Shown: positions 39,401 to 53,334 of the stretch, piece after piece | Layout of the letters: each line of letters begins with the position of its first letter | How positions within the stretch are numbered: the first letter of the stretch is position 1 | DNA from: Diadema setosum | Lineage: Eukaryota | Reading direction: 5' to 3' | Assembly (NCBI RefSeq): GCF_964275005.1 | Contig: NW_027307649.1 | Location: 682,001 to 744,000, forward strand | Length of the DNA: 62,000 bases | Program-made: the position numbers and the translations under genes | The notes under the pieces: generated by a model | Told to the model about the DNA's origin: nothing | The model's input: the letters and a program-made list of their open reading frames with translations, nothing else | The model's database searches: none

Positions 39401-42400
39401 TACAATTGAGTCTCCTACAGTGCATGTACTGTCATAAAAATGCAGCATTGATGGGAAAATTTGTGAATGGCTGCAAAGTGATACTTCCGAACTCGAAGCT
39501 CTCCATATTAATAGTAATCAATCTCGGGTCTCTCTGTATGACTACATACATATCTCTCTCATTGCCTGATCCGTCATTCCTTCCCTTTTATGACCTACCT
39601 TGAGGCAGTCACTGGAGAGCTTGAGGAGGAGGGGCAGGTCCTGCTTGAAGTCTGAGAGGAGGCGGTACCAGTGGGCCAGGACCTGGTCTCCCTGGGGCAA
39701 GACCTGTTTCAGCTGGCCGGCTGCCTGCTGCCAGTCCCTCACCTTGGTCATGGCCTTGTTCACGTTGAACTGTAGAGGGCAGCATACAATAGTGGTACTG
39801 GTTTATATGTCATTGCCCTGTCATGCTATATCACTATGTAGAGCTTGATGGAATAATATTAAGTTAAGTTTTGATTTGCACAATCGTAACAGCAGTAACT
39901 GTATTTAGAAATTACCTCAAAACTCAACCCTTTACTATCATCACATTTGGCCACACATATATTAAATAATTTGTAATGTTCCTAAGTTGTACATGTATAA
40001 TACTCAGTCCAAGTTCATAATTTCATTAAATGGCCTCCAGTATTCATCATATTTTGCATCTACACAATGTAACATGGACTTTGACAGGTTTTCTAAAAAC
40101 AAAAAATCTAATCAGATACTGCCCTGTAAAACTACAGTACATCCCCATATCAAATTGTTAAAAAAACATTTCGTATTTTTGAGGTCCTAACATACTATTT
40201 TAGAACCTCCACTTTTATTTGATCTCTGAACATTGACCAATTTACCTAAAAGTCACAATAATCAAGAACTCTTACACTTTCACAGTGATGTTCACATTTC
40301 ATATCAAAATATGCATTAAGTGAGGTGTAATACAGTGCGTATCAAAAAAAACGCAACAAGATTTGATTTCAAATTTGTGAAGATTGAGTTAAATTTACAC
40401 CAAAGTGAGTAGCATCATCTTAAAGCCACATAGCTCCTCTTTTCAATGATATCTTATTTATTCTTACACGGTCATGGATGGCTGAGTAATCATTCTTTTT
40501 GTACAGTGGGTCAAATTGGACTTGGGACCAAGTTTAGGCACTGCAAGAATCAATGCACCTTATTAGAAATTAACTAAACAAATGGAATAATGAAATTAAT
40601 TTAAATGAAATTAATGATCGCTATTAATGAAATTGATGAAATTAATGATAACAACTTACTATTGTCTTCTTTCGGATACTAGTATTTCTTTTTAACATTA
40701 CATTCCATGCCCCTCAACATGGCCATCATTCCTTTCCACACAGAGATTAGCTCTTTTCTCCATCTCACACACAGCCCTGCGAATCATTGGGGCTTGGTGG
40801 CGTAGAGCTTCAAACTCATCAGTGATTCTTTGTCTCAAAGTTGCAATGTCAGGTGGAGGGGTAATGAACACTTTGCTCTTGAGATAACCCCAAAGAAAAA
40901 AGTCACAAGATCCGGAGATCCACATCATGATACAAGGCAATCACCCAATTTCCAAATACCTCAGCCAATCTGTTTCTTACTGCAACTAGTCGATGGGCTG
41001 GTGCGCCATTCTGTGCCCACCATAAGCATCTGAACACACCGCTTTGTTGCACAGAAAAATTTTCCATTCATTCAGGAATCACATTTTCATCTAAAATTTG
41101 TTAATATCCATTTCCGTTCATGTTGTTTTCAAAGAAGAAGGGCCCTAGGAGTGAACCGTTTTCACAATGTCCAGCCCAGACATTCAGCTTTTCTCTATGA
41201 AAATGCAGAAACTGAAACTTGGTCCCAAGTCCAATTTGACCCACTGTCAAAAAACAATGATTACTCAGCCATCCATGACCGTGTAAGAATAAATAAGATA
41301 TCATTGGAAAGAGGAGACATGTGGCTTTAAGATGTTGCTACTCACTTTGGTGTAAAGTTAACGCAATCTTCACAAATTCGAAATTAAATCTTGTTGCATT
41401 TTTTTTGATACGCACTGTATAAGTAGAAAGTTTGTGAGAACTGATGGCTAAGATATACTTTCTTCTTTGTAGAACAACATTTGATGTAAAATCTTGTGAG
41501 TAACCTGGCAAAGCCACTAAAAATAAAACATCTTTCTCTGATAGTAAATTCTTATTCATACTCACCTTCCTGAACAGCATGTTCTTCCACTCTTGGATGC
41601 CAAAGGTCGTGGCCTCCACATACTTCCAGAGCTGCGACCTGACCGTCATGGTCTGCAGCATGGCAGTCAGCTCCGACATGTCGTAGTTCTGACCGGTGAT
41701 CTTCATCCGGTGCTGGTTGCAGTCGGAGATTTTGTTCGTCACCGACGTAAACTCGGCAAAGAGCTGTGCAGGTATGGAGAAGAAATAGGTCGAAATTGAC
41801 ATAATTTGGCACAAAGAAAAGTGAAAGAGGATGCCATTGACCTGTGTTTAAGAATAAGAATTATCAACATCGTGTAATTCAATGCTTTGTAATTTTCTTG
41901 CAATTTCAAGCTGTTACAACGAGGGAAAGATGTAATTTACGATGCAGCTGGAATACTTACTATACTTATAAGATTCAGGTCAAGAAAACCATGTAAAGGA
42001 TTTCTGTGGCATGGTGTAGGTCTGATTCTTTTACATTTATGAAATTGGTAAATCTGTAAACAGTGATTTTTTTTTCAGGTGTAAATTTCTTCAATTTCTC
42101 TCCCTCTACAAATGAAATTTGTTGAGATTGCAAACTGCTAATCTATGAATTAACAAATATGTTAGAAAAAAAGGAAGCAGTGGGACCCGATCCTGTCATC
42201 TACTGCTTTCCGGGCAGCGACACTACAACCAGGCTAGCCCTGGTTGCCGGCAGTGACACGATGAACTTGGAACAAATACCCAAGCTCTGGAAATTCTGAC
42301 ATTGTTTTGTTAAGTAGTTCAAGGTGGACGAGGCATATCAAATGAAAGAAAGACACATGTACTAGTCACAGGGGTGAAGGTTCAGGTGTGAGTTTCTTCA

Positions 42401-45400
42401 ATTTGTCTCCCTCTACACATAAAGTTTGTTAAGATTGCAACTGCTGATCTATAAATTAACAAATTTAAATTGTAGAGGGAGACACTGTTTTGCTGACTAG
42501 ATAATATAGATCTTGACGAGATGATATAGATATTGATATAGATTTTGTTATTCACAAACCTCTTTCATTTGGTCCAGGACCTTCATGGGGTTCTGGGTGG
42601 GGTCCAGGTAGATGCCCCTTCCTGCCTCACCAGATATTCTCTGAGCCTCACTGCACAGATGCTGGGGGGGGGGGGGATGAAGGCATAACAGCAGTGATAT
42701 CTATATTCTACCTTTGGAGAAGTTTATGAAAGTAGTTACAATGTACATGCAAACAGTTCTCTGATACTAAACCATCTTTGACAAATACAGTGATGTATGT
42801 CAAAAGATAATACGCTGTCTTTGACAAATACAGTGTTGTATGTCAAAAAAAAATCATAATAATAATTGCACAAAACATGTTCTTACGCAGTTCAGGTGGT
42901 AATGTCAAAATTAAAGTGTTAGGATAAAGCACTGTGGACAGATGTAATGTTTCAACATTGTTACTACTGAAAACAGTCCAACTTAAAGCCTGTCTTACAC
43001 CAGGATATCCAGCCTGCTTTCCTAAAATAACAGTGAGAACTTAATTTGTTACAGGGCATTTACAACATTATGCTATTGCAGATTTGGGGAAGGGACTTTA
43101 GCCCAAGCAACTGTCAGGTCTAACTAATTATTTTGCCAGTGAGGATTGGCTTCACTCAACTGGACTTGAGCAGGAAGGTGCAATGAATGACCCCTGTGTG
43201 CAACCATGACCATCTGCATGCAACAAATGACCACTACAATGTGTGCACCGATGAACCCCGTATGCAACACATGACCTCTGTGTGAAACAAATGATGACCC
43301 CTTGTGTGTAGCCAATGACCCTTGTGTGAAACCAGTGACCCCTGTGTGAAACTAAAACCTTTTGTGTGCAACTGATGATCCCTTTGTGCAACCAATAATC
43401 TGATGGTGCACACAATGACACCTGTGTACTCCTAATGATCTCTACCCTGTGTGCAAACAATGACCCCTGTGTGCAACCAATGACCATGTGTGACAAATGA
43501 CCTGTGTGTATCACACAGGTAGAAGTATGAACCCTTTGAACAAGTATGATAATCCCTGTGTGCAAACAATGACCCATGCATGCAACAAGTTGTATAGCCC
43601 TTTATAGCTGTGTGCAACCAATGTATAACCCCAAGCTGTGTCCAACCTACCGTATGTACAAATATAACCCCTACAGTAGCTGTGTGCAGCAAATGACCCT
43701 ATGTGAAACCAATGACCCCCATGTGAAACCACTGACCCCTTTGTGCAACCAGTGATCCCTACGTGAACCAATGACCGGTACGACTTGTATGTAACAAATG
43801 ACCCCTGTGTGCAACCTATGACCCCAGTTGTGTGTGGAGTGCACATACCTGGTAGGCCTCATCCAGGTTGCCGATGTGGATGGGGGTTTGTGTGTTGACA
43901 AACTCAGCAGCATCCTGGAGCTGAAGGAGAAAAGCCTCCCAGTTCTGCCACACCCCCTCCTCACACTTCTCTTCCTCCGTCGTCAGGGAGCGGTAGCTCA
44001 GCCGGATCACCTGGGAGAAATTTAGAACAAATGGTTCCAAGAACTAAGCTTTTGACACAGAGTATGTTTCTGGTACAGACAATACTTCAGTCTTGCACTT
44101 TTGCTCTTTAGCTCAGTAAGGGTCATTTCAAGTGGGGTGTTACTTGTGACAAGAGTGTAGACATGATGTTATTTGACTTATTCTTTTTTTTATTCTATAG
44201 ATCTTAAAATATAAGGCATATACATACTGTAGGCTTGTGCAAGCTGAGTGAGAAATATATAGAGACAAATATATACCTCTTTTTTTTTAATAATGACATC
44301 ATGATACTGGATATCAAAGAACTTTGCAATGCATTCAATGAGGGCAAAATTATTGACAATAGATTTATACAATTTAATGGAACATACAAATGTATGTGCA
44401 GTATTCTGATTATAATGCAGTCACAACATCAGATTTCCCGCAGGGGAATATTATCACTTTGACATCTTCTACCTACATACAGCTGTATGTACTAGTCTTT
44501 GTGACTAAGAGCTATTCCTCTGCTTATTCAAATTTGAAATTAGTCATGACTACCTTTCAAGAGATATTGTTAAAAGGAGAGATGGATTCACATACATTGT
44601 ACTACTAGAGACACCTAAGAATCATAGTAAAAAGAAGAAACTTAAAACATTATGATCCACTATTCAAATCCATACCTCAAACAATGACTTGATGTACTCC
44701 ACTTCTTTCTGCAATTCGGGCATTTTGATCTTGTACTTGGTGTACTGCTGCGCATAATCGGCAAAGGCGTTTGTCTCGCTGTTCTTCTCCTTCATGCCCT
44801 GCACAGCAAATGGTATTGGTGATGGTGATGAGGATGGTAACCATGGCAACAGGGTGGGAGTGATGAAAATGAAGTCGACAGAGACGAGGAGAAAATTTTT
44901 GTGACGGTGACATTGAAGTAAAAAGGAAAGAAATGAAGATGACGATGTGGGATGAGGACAATGAAGAGGATTGTGGTGATAAAGATTTGGTGATAGATAT
45001 GATGGTGGCAATGATGAAGAAGAGGAGAAGGATGAAAAAGATGAAATGAATGATGGAGTGCAATAATGAAAAGAAGATTTGAACCACTTTTACAATAAGT
45101 TTGAAAATTAAACAGTTTTCTACATCATGAATGTAATAGTTTATGTTTTGAGAAAAAATACAAAAGGAAAGGAATGACTTTCCGTAATTAGACATCAGCA
45201 CGATTTAAATGTATAAAAATTATTAAACCAACTGTCAAAACTGCAAACTCCTTGAATATACAAAATTCAGCACTATCCTTCCAATCTGCAAAAGGGAAAT
45301 TTAGTGGCAAGTATCTGTGCTTTTTAGACTACTCCTGTCTTCAAGACTTTAAAGAAGGTTCTTCTTTCCTTGACTTCAATATGTACAGCAGAGAAAAGCA

Positions 45401-48400
45401 TGTACACAATGTGCAGTTGTGTGTGTCAAGATTCCCAAACAATTTTGTGCAGTCTGCGGTAATTCATACTCATCTCTTGGCTACATTGTGGGGAACCAAA
45501 TGTATGTATCAGCAGTGTGATGAACGCAACCTTTTCATGCACTCTTCTTTTCTTTCTTTCTTTCTTTTTTTGGCGCAGCCAATTAACTAAATGGTGCTCT
45601 GTAAGGTTTTTGCAATATACATGCATGCATTACACAGGTAAGTGCAGCAATTTACGAAGCTTACTGCTGGATTAATTCTCTCATCTCGTCTCGCATGTGA
45701 GCTGCGTGTATTATTTGTCATTCTATATTACAAATAGCGCTTGCTACATTTATGCTCAGCTTGAGTCCATTTCGCATATTATGCTCTGCACGATGATTAA
45801 ATCACAACTTGTTTCTGCACCACTCAGATGTTTAATCAGCACTACAGTATTTCTACCTATTGAACACAAACTGACGGCAAATAGCATTTCCACAGCACTA
45901 TTTATCATGCTGTTCTCAAGAATTAGTGTGGTAAAGGGGGGAAAAACTGCATCTCACTACAGCCACAATGCTGAAACCTTGGGTAACGTTTTGTCTGCTT
46001 CACAAGAAAGTCAAGCAAAATCAGCAAAGTATTGTATGGACACTGATTTACACATATTCTGGAGAAAGTAAAAACATTCTGCAAAAATGACCCATATTGA
46101 TTTGACACTTTTACATCTCATGTAAATTTGTCAACTTGTACACGCTGTGATTGCTAATCTCTGGATGAATATCAACAGTTCATAAGTTCATATTTCCTGA
46201 ACTTTGCTACCATACTGACAGAACCCCTGAATGCTCAAAAATTGACTCCAGGCTACTCCCTTTACAATTAACATGGTTATAATAAGATAACGTTACTAAC
46301 AAGTAAAAATTCAGGTCCCCAAATTGTTGTCTTTATGTATTTCAGATATCTTTTAGTTTGGCTATAACAAAATTTTGATATAACCGCACAAAACTGCCAG
46401 TCCAAAAGACTTTGTTACAATGGGAGTCTCCTGTTTTATTGACTTTATCTTATCTCATACAATGTCACAGTAAGAAAAGTAAAGTTTACAAAATATTGTT
46501 CACAATCCAGGCTGCATGGCTTTAGTTACAATGTATTTGTTGTCATAAAATGTACTGCCATCTACATGTATAGTGTGTACCTTCTACTACTGTAAAACGA
46601 GGAATGTTTTCGCGAATTTCGCGAGCGCCAAGATTCGCGAAATTAGAATGCACGTGAAAGTTCTCTTCTACACAATATGCACTGAATGCCACTGCCAATT
46701 CGTGAAAATTTCATGCCGCAAAAAAAGGCCGTCGGCTCCAATTCGGGGGGCAGGGAGTTATACTGTATCATTTGTACTGGTTCTCACCCTACATAAAAAG
46801 GCATGATGTACATAACACCGTCTGTTGCTTTCATCCACGTACAAAGAATTATAACTGCATAAAATGTATAATTGTTTTCTGCAAGTTTTACAATAAGCTG
46901 ATATTAGATTTATAGGTCATAGGATCATGGATACAAAGAATGATGGACATACAATGTAGAAAGCATAGTTACTTTATGTAAACGTGTATACTGCATACAC
47001 GTTGAATATACTGTCTGTATATGAACAAGCATAATATACATGCTTTTTGTATATACATGCAAATATGTGTATAGTAAGTAGTGTACTTTACATGATTTGT
47101 GATTGGTTGACTACTGGCCTGGTTGAATTGATATTACATGACAGTCACTATTTTCATTACAGTGCACCGTTGTGCAATATAGCTTTGAATTAGTGCATGG
47201 GACTTAGATACAATTCATATATTTACTGCAGCAAATAATGTGCTCACATGCTCTGTTGTAGCCTATCCGATAGGCGTCAGGCTGTATCGATACTAGACTG
47301 ATCGCTATATGGAGACGGACATGCGAGGGCTTCAGCCCGAGCGCCTATCATCATTTGTTTTCGAATCATTAGTTTTCGTAGATATTATACAAAAAACTGG
47401 TACGTATGTATGTTGAATATGCATAATGCGTAAAGGCTGTATTAGGCAACTCCAACAGCGTAGGTAGAAGATGGTTGATAGCCAAAATAATTATTCTTTC
47501 AAATTCCCAATAAAGTGAAATTGTCAAGTAAGTACAAATTAAAACGAAAAATTTACAAAACACTGAGACTAATGAGAATCAAAATGGCAAAGTAATTATG
47601 AAATCACGTAGTAGTTCTTATAAACCTACCCAAACAAACATGGATTGTCCAAAAAATGTGCAGTTGGAGATGATATTTGATTGGTTTAATCGATGAGGTC
47701 GATGACCACATAAGGCCTGTCTTATGAATCATGCATAAAAATATGCGTCATGCATATGATAAGCATATCATGAATAATGATTCGAAAACGAGTGATGATA
47801 GACGCTCGGGCTGAAGCCCTCGCATGTCCGTCTCCATATAGCGATCAGTCTAGTATCGATACAGCCCGACGCCTATCGGATAGGCTAGCTCTGTTGGTGC
47901 ACTATTCTAAAGTATAAGCACTTCAAAAGTATAATTACACGTAGCCTACCCTTTCTCAAAGGCTGAGGTTAATGTGTAACAAATTCACATTAGACTTATT
48001 ACGCTTTGGGAGTGGATATAACTTAATAGTATAATGCATTCGAGATCGTGAAATATATATATTTGCAAGATATATATGATAACGTGGGCCCTTGATGAAT
48101 GACAATGAAAAGTATTGTATGTATTGGTAGATACATGTATGTGATCCGTCACAACAAAAGGATCCTAAAGTCGCTGACGTCTGAGCCGAAATAATCGAGT
48201 TTGAAGTCAGATTATCAAAATCGGTCAAACAAACAAATTTCTGTTTTGGGCATAATTTTGTAATCTAATATATGGTTTATCATCTGCCAAAATTTCGAAA
48301 CTACAATAAAAAAGGATAGGCAAGAAATTAGCATTTTTCTGAGCCATGATTTTCTGACTTTCAACGGAACAGAAATGTGTCCGCAGATTTGGATTTAGCG

Positions 48401-51400
48401 CCGCGGATAGACTCCGCCCCTAGCAACAAGGGAGTGATTTTATTAGTCAGTGCGTGGCATCTTGGTTGCTGATTGGTTGTGCGTAGACCGCTGGCGCTAA
48501 GCTTGAAAGAACATTGCAGAGGTTGCTAGGAGCACATCTTCTATTGTCAAGAGGTGAAAACTGTCTTGCCTCCCCTTGATCATGATGGCGTCAGAAGGAA
48601 AACTTTGAAGGCGGTTTTCTCAAAACACTGATTTCCTAAAACACTCGACATGCGCTCATAAAATCATCTGCATCTCTTCAACCGAGTACTTTTATAAGTC
48701 ATGTCATACATTTACATGTATATGAAACTAAAGGAGAAGAGTACGGGAACATGTCATTTTCAGAAAATCGTCCTCCCCCGACTTTCGGAGCCTTTTGTAG
48801 TAGCAGGTCACATATCTTTCTCATACTAAACTGCACATGGACAGTCACTGAATCCGTATGCACAATGCTATACTAGAGATGCTTGGGTAATTGGAACAAG
48901 CAAGGTGCATTTGACATGCAGGATTTCTTACACTGCATTTTAGGAAACAATTTTGACACAGCCTTTGCTCCATGGGCTGATATTTAGCTCTTCATCATGC
49001 TTGAGGTGTAATGAATGAATAAATTAATCAATTAATTAATTTCAATTAATCAATTAATTAATTAATAGTTGGAAAAAATTAAATATATGAATAAATACAT
49101 TAAAATAACTAATTGATAAATAGATAAATGAAAATAAAGAAATATAAATAAATAAATAAACAAATAAATACATAAATAAATATTGAGCACATAGAGTGAC
49201 TACCAGGAGAGTGCATTAAGTTTTCATGCCACATGCACAATGTCCAATTTATCACTAGAGACAACATCATTACAATAACTACATCTGAAATACATGTATC
49301 AGCAATATGTAATGAATGAATTTATACTTTGTGTCTAATGTAGTCATCTTCAACAGGAAAACTGAGACACTCTGTATGTTGTGACTAGAAGAAAGGTATT
49401 GCATGCCAAGTTCATATTTTGCATACTCTTTTTTTCTCTTCTTCCTTCTGTCTCATTTGATATATTTGAACAACAGAAAAAAAAACATGATGCTATGTCC
49501 TGCAAAAACAAAATAAAAACATGGACAACAATAAAAGTAAAAGAAAAGAAAAGAAAAACCTTCCATCCCATAGTGTCAACAACAAAATAAAGAAAGTCAT
49601 CTTGAAAGAGGTGCAAATCTGGTGATCTCCCACTTGAACAGCCAACTCAAAGAATCCATTCAAACCCACGTGTGGTGATTCATTCGTACTCACACTTTTT
49701 GCTCCCAACCATACAGCTCAGTGCAAGTGAGGGAAATATGAATGCAACCACCCCACCTTCTGTGAAATAGTCCTGGGTGTACACAGAACACCATATCATA
49801 TAATCTACCTTGGTAAATAGAAATGGAAGTAAAATATTGATGCTGTTTGTCCCATTGTGGCTATCCTCGTGATCTGTTTGGTAATGTAATGATCAAATGA
49901 TGATTATTATGGCTTGACTTTGCATAGCATAAAGATACAGGCTAGATACAAAGTACATGTATGAAGGACATCTGAAGATATTAGGGTAGAATTGTACATG
50001 GAAATGGACTTATCTGAAGAGATACTACAGATTTAAAGCTTTGCTAAGAATACATTATGTGAATAAGACACTCATACCGAAGGTGGCTATATCTAACTAA
50101 AATGTCCGAAAATGATTTATGATATTCTACAATGCATATAAATGGACAAGATAACATGATTGAGTACTGCTTTATGTGAGTGGGACTGTAAGTCATTTGA
50201 AATACACAGATTGTGACAAGTAGGTACACTGTACCTGACTGGCAATTGATATACATTCTTGGTATGTGGTGAATGACAGAGCTCAAGATAAACATCACTC
50301 AGTATGCGTGAAAAAAAACCACATAAATAAAACAAAATTAATCCATAGAAATACATGCATGCATAATTTTCATGGTCTGCATACAGTATTCAATTTCATT
50401 TTCTGTTATATCTTTAAATATATACATGTAAATATGTTATTCTCTTCACCAAAAGTGCAAATCACAGGCAAGTTCCAGGACCAAAATTTGAGCAGATTAA
50501 ACAAAATCACACCTTGAATAGTTTCTTGTATTCTTTAGTTCATTTGCATCTGAGTATTCAATGTTTAGAGAGAGCTGGTTGGCATGAAATTCATGTTCCT
50601 TAATCATGTGTACTGATGTCCCCTTCAACATGTGTGAATATACTAATATACCTAGTGAAAATGAAAGTGTGAAAGATAGAGACCCATTCACCGTGTTGAT
50701 CATGCTGCTGCAATGCAAGGCATTACAGGCATATCAACAATGCACAGAGAGAGAGAGAAAAAAAAAATAGAGGATTGCAAAACAGCACTTTAACAAGTGC
50801 TTCTCCGAAAGCTGCCTCTTCAAAGACAAACAGCTGTGATTGGTGCTTCAGTTTAAAGGTAGAATCACACTTTGCTTGTGCTTCCAAAAATCATCAGACT
50901 TAATGACACAATAATGTTATGTAATCCATTAAACAGCAAAGTATCAAATTTTTGATCAAATTACCCCTTAATCCAATCTAGGAATATTCTGGTCTATTTT
51001 TTTCTTCTTCTCTTTTTTAATTCTGTATCTTATGTGATGAAGCCTTTAGCAGGTAAAAGATAATCAAGGGAAAAATACTCATCAGGATTTAATGAAAATG
51101 AGTAAACCTTGAAATGGGGTAAATATATTTTTCTCTGCTTCTCAGAGCCCCAATAGGATCAAGCTCCCTAGATTTGTATTTCCTATCATGGCTTATATCT
51201 TGAACGACAAACTGGGCCCTGGATTACGAAGAGTTATAATCTATTAACATCTACTAAATAGATTGCAAGATGGTAGATAATCATTGAGTTATGGTTGATT
51301 TCATGATCAGCTGCAAATTGTGTTGTGATAACTGGAAGAGTACTCCTGATATCTAGCTACAAGTATGAGCTTTTTTGGTGTCACTGGCCAAGAATCCTAT

Positions 51401-53279
51401 GCATACAATGTACCCACAAGTACAAGTAAGAACTTTCTAATCACAATTTAATGTCTGATGAAAGCCCATAAGAGTCATCTTTCCCCTCTGTTGCTCTTTC
51501 TGCTACTCCTTCATTCTCTCTATCACTCTCTCTCTCTTTCTTTTCCCATAAGATTTCTATATCATGCTCCCAACGGTGAAAAAAAAAAGTTACAAGCATG
51601 TTTGTTGAGAAAAAAATAAAAAAAATCAAAGATGGTGCATGGGAACACAGCGAAATACACATCTGCAATGGCAACGACAAAGCAAAGGGCACTTTGGGGA
51701 TCCACATTGTGTACACCCACACACACACAGAAAGCAAATGTCACCTTTCGATGCTCGGCGATGGCATAATCACCACAAAATCGCAATTCCTGTGAGTGAA
51801 AAGTTCAGAGTTAACATTCTCTCCATCGCTGCCAGCTTCCCCTGCTTTCAAAACAGTTGACTATATGTAGATTTACTGAAATCATCTTAATCTTCCCCCC
51901 CCACCCCCAAGACTAACATGTACTTTCCCTTTAAAAAAAACAAAAAATAAAAAACAAAACAATCTCCATCATCACTACATATTGTACACACACAGAAACA
52001 AATTCAAAGATAAACACTGCATTTACAATGAGATGTATGTTGAATAATGATCCAAACAATGATGTCATTAGCATTTTGCTTGTTTGGTTAATTGTTAGAC
52101 AGCAAGCTCACTTGTTGTTGTTGTTTTTTTTGTGAAAAATGGCTAACATCCTCATAATTTATGAAGAAACTGACTTTAAAACCATCTCTTTTGCTGACAT
52201 CTGACATACACTATAACTTCACTTCTCTGAGAGGTCTTCACGGAAGCTGACTTTGGACCTTACGTTTCACATCACTACGTTACTTTGAACCAACACATAC
52301 ATCACATACATTAAAATGTTAGAAGAGAATTTCTGGTAATAGGGTCAGACTGGAAATTAGCTACAAGAAGAAAAACACACTACATCTCTATTTGAGAATG
52401 CCTGGTGATGTTGTGTAATGAAAACACATTCATTTTATCTTTATAGTAACAGTGAACTATTGTTGCTACACAAACACAGAGAGAAAAACAAATCAAACAA
52501 ATGAATCTGAGAAGATTTGCACGTGCAGTCTGTCATGACACTTACCATGACGACACCTTTGACCTCAGTCACAAAGTCATTGGAGAGGTTCTTGGCCTCA
52601 TTGGCCGTGAAGTTGAGGAGGTCCCTGAAGGCTGCATTCAGGAGGGGAACGAGATCGTCCTGAATGGCGCCAGAGTCGACCAGGAACAGCCTGTTCTGGG
52701 TGACAAAGCTGCGCTCCACGTTCTTGACGCGTTCACACCAGTCCCGAATCTCCCCGAGCTTCATCTGCACGGGAAAACGGGTCAGAACAGGGTCTAGATA
52801 CACTACTGTTGTCTGCATAAACGATGACGTCTTTAGAATTCTTGGGAGAGGATCGGCTGCATGCAGTGATCGTGTTTCATTTGTGAAAATATGAAATAAC
52901 CTTATTCAGCTTGCTTTCTTTTGCACGTACGCTACACAAACAAAAGCTCAATGATAGGACATGCTCTCCTTATAACACAAAAATCTGCACATCACTATGC
53001 CTATCAATGGTGTCAACAGTTTTGAAGTGTCTTCAAAAAAAAAATAGCTGCTGTTTGCATGTGAGTTTGTGCTATCTGTGCCCAAACACATACTGTGTAC
53101 AGCATACATTAAGCAAGTCTAATCTTTCGAGAATCAGGACTTTCCAACAATTTCATGAGTAGTCGTTGGTACAGTAATGAAAGGAGAAGTGTACACATGC
53201 ACGTCATGAATTCATGTCTTGATCACTGGCGACGAACAGTTAGTGTTGTAAAATTCACAAGTAGCACCTGTCTCACAAA

Positions 53280-53334
<55 letters not shown>

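Noticed and set aside
44799..52545. Nested gene in the 7.7-kb intron
   Set aside because: Only short AT-rich ORFs, no GC-rich exon-like islands other than transposon sequence, and flanking exons 9 and 10 join in phase.
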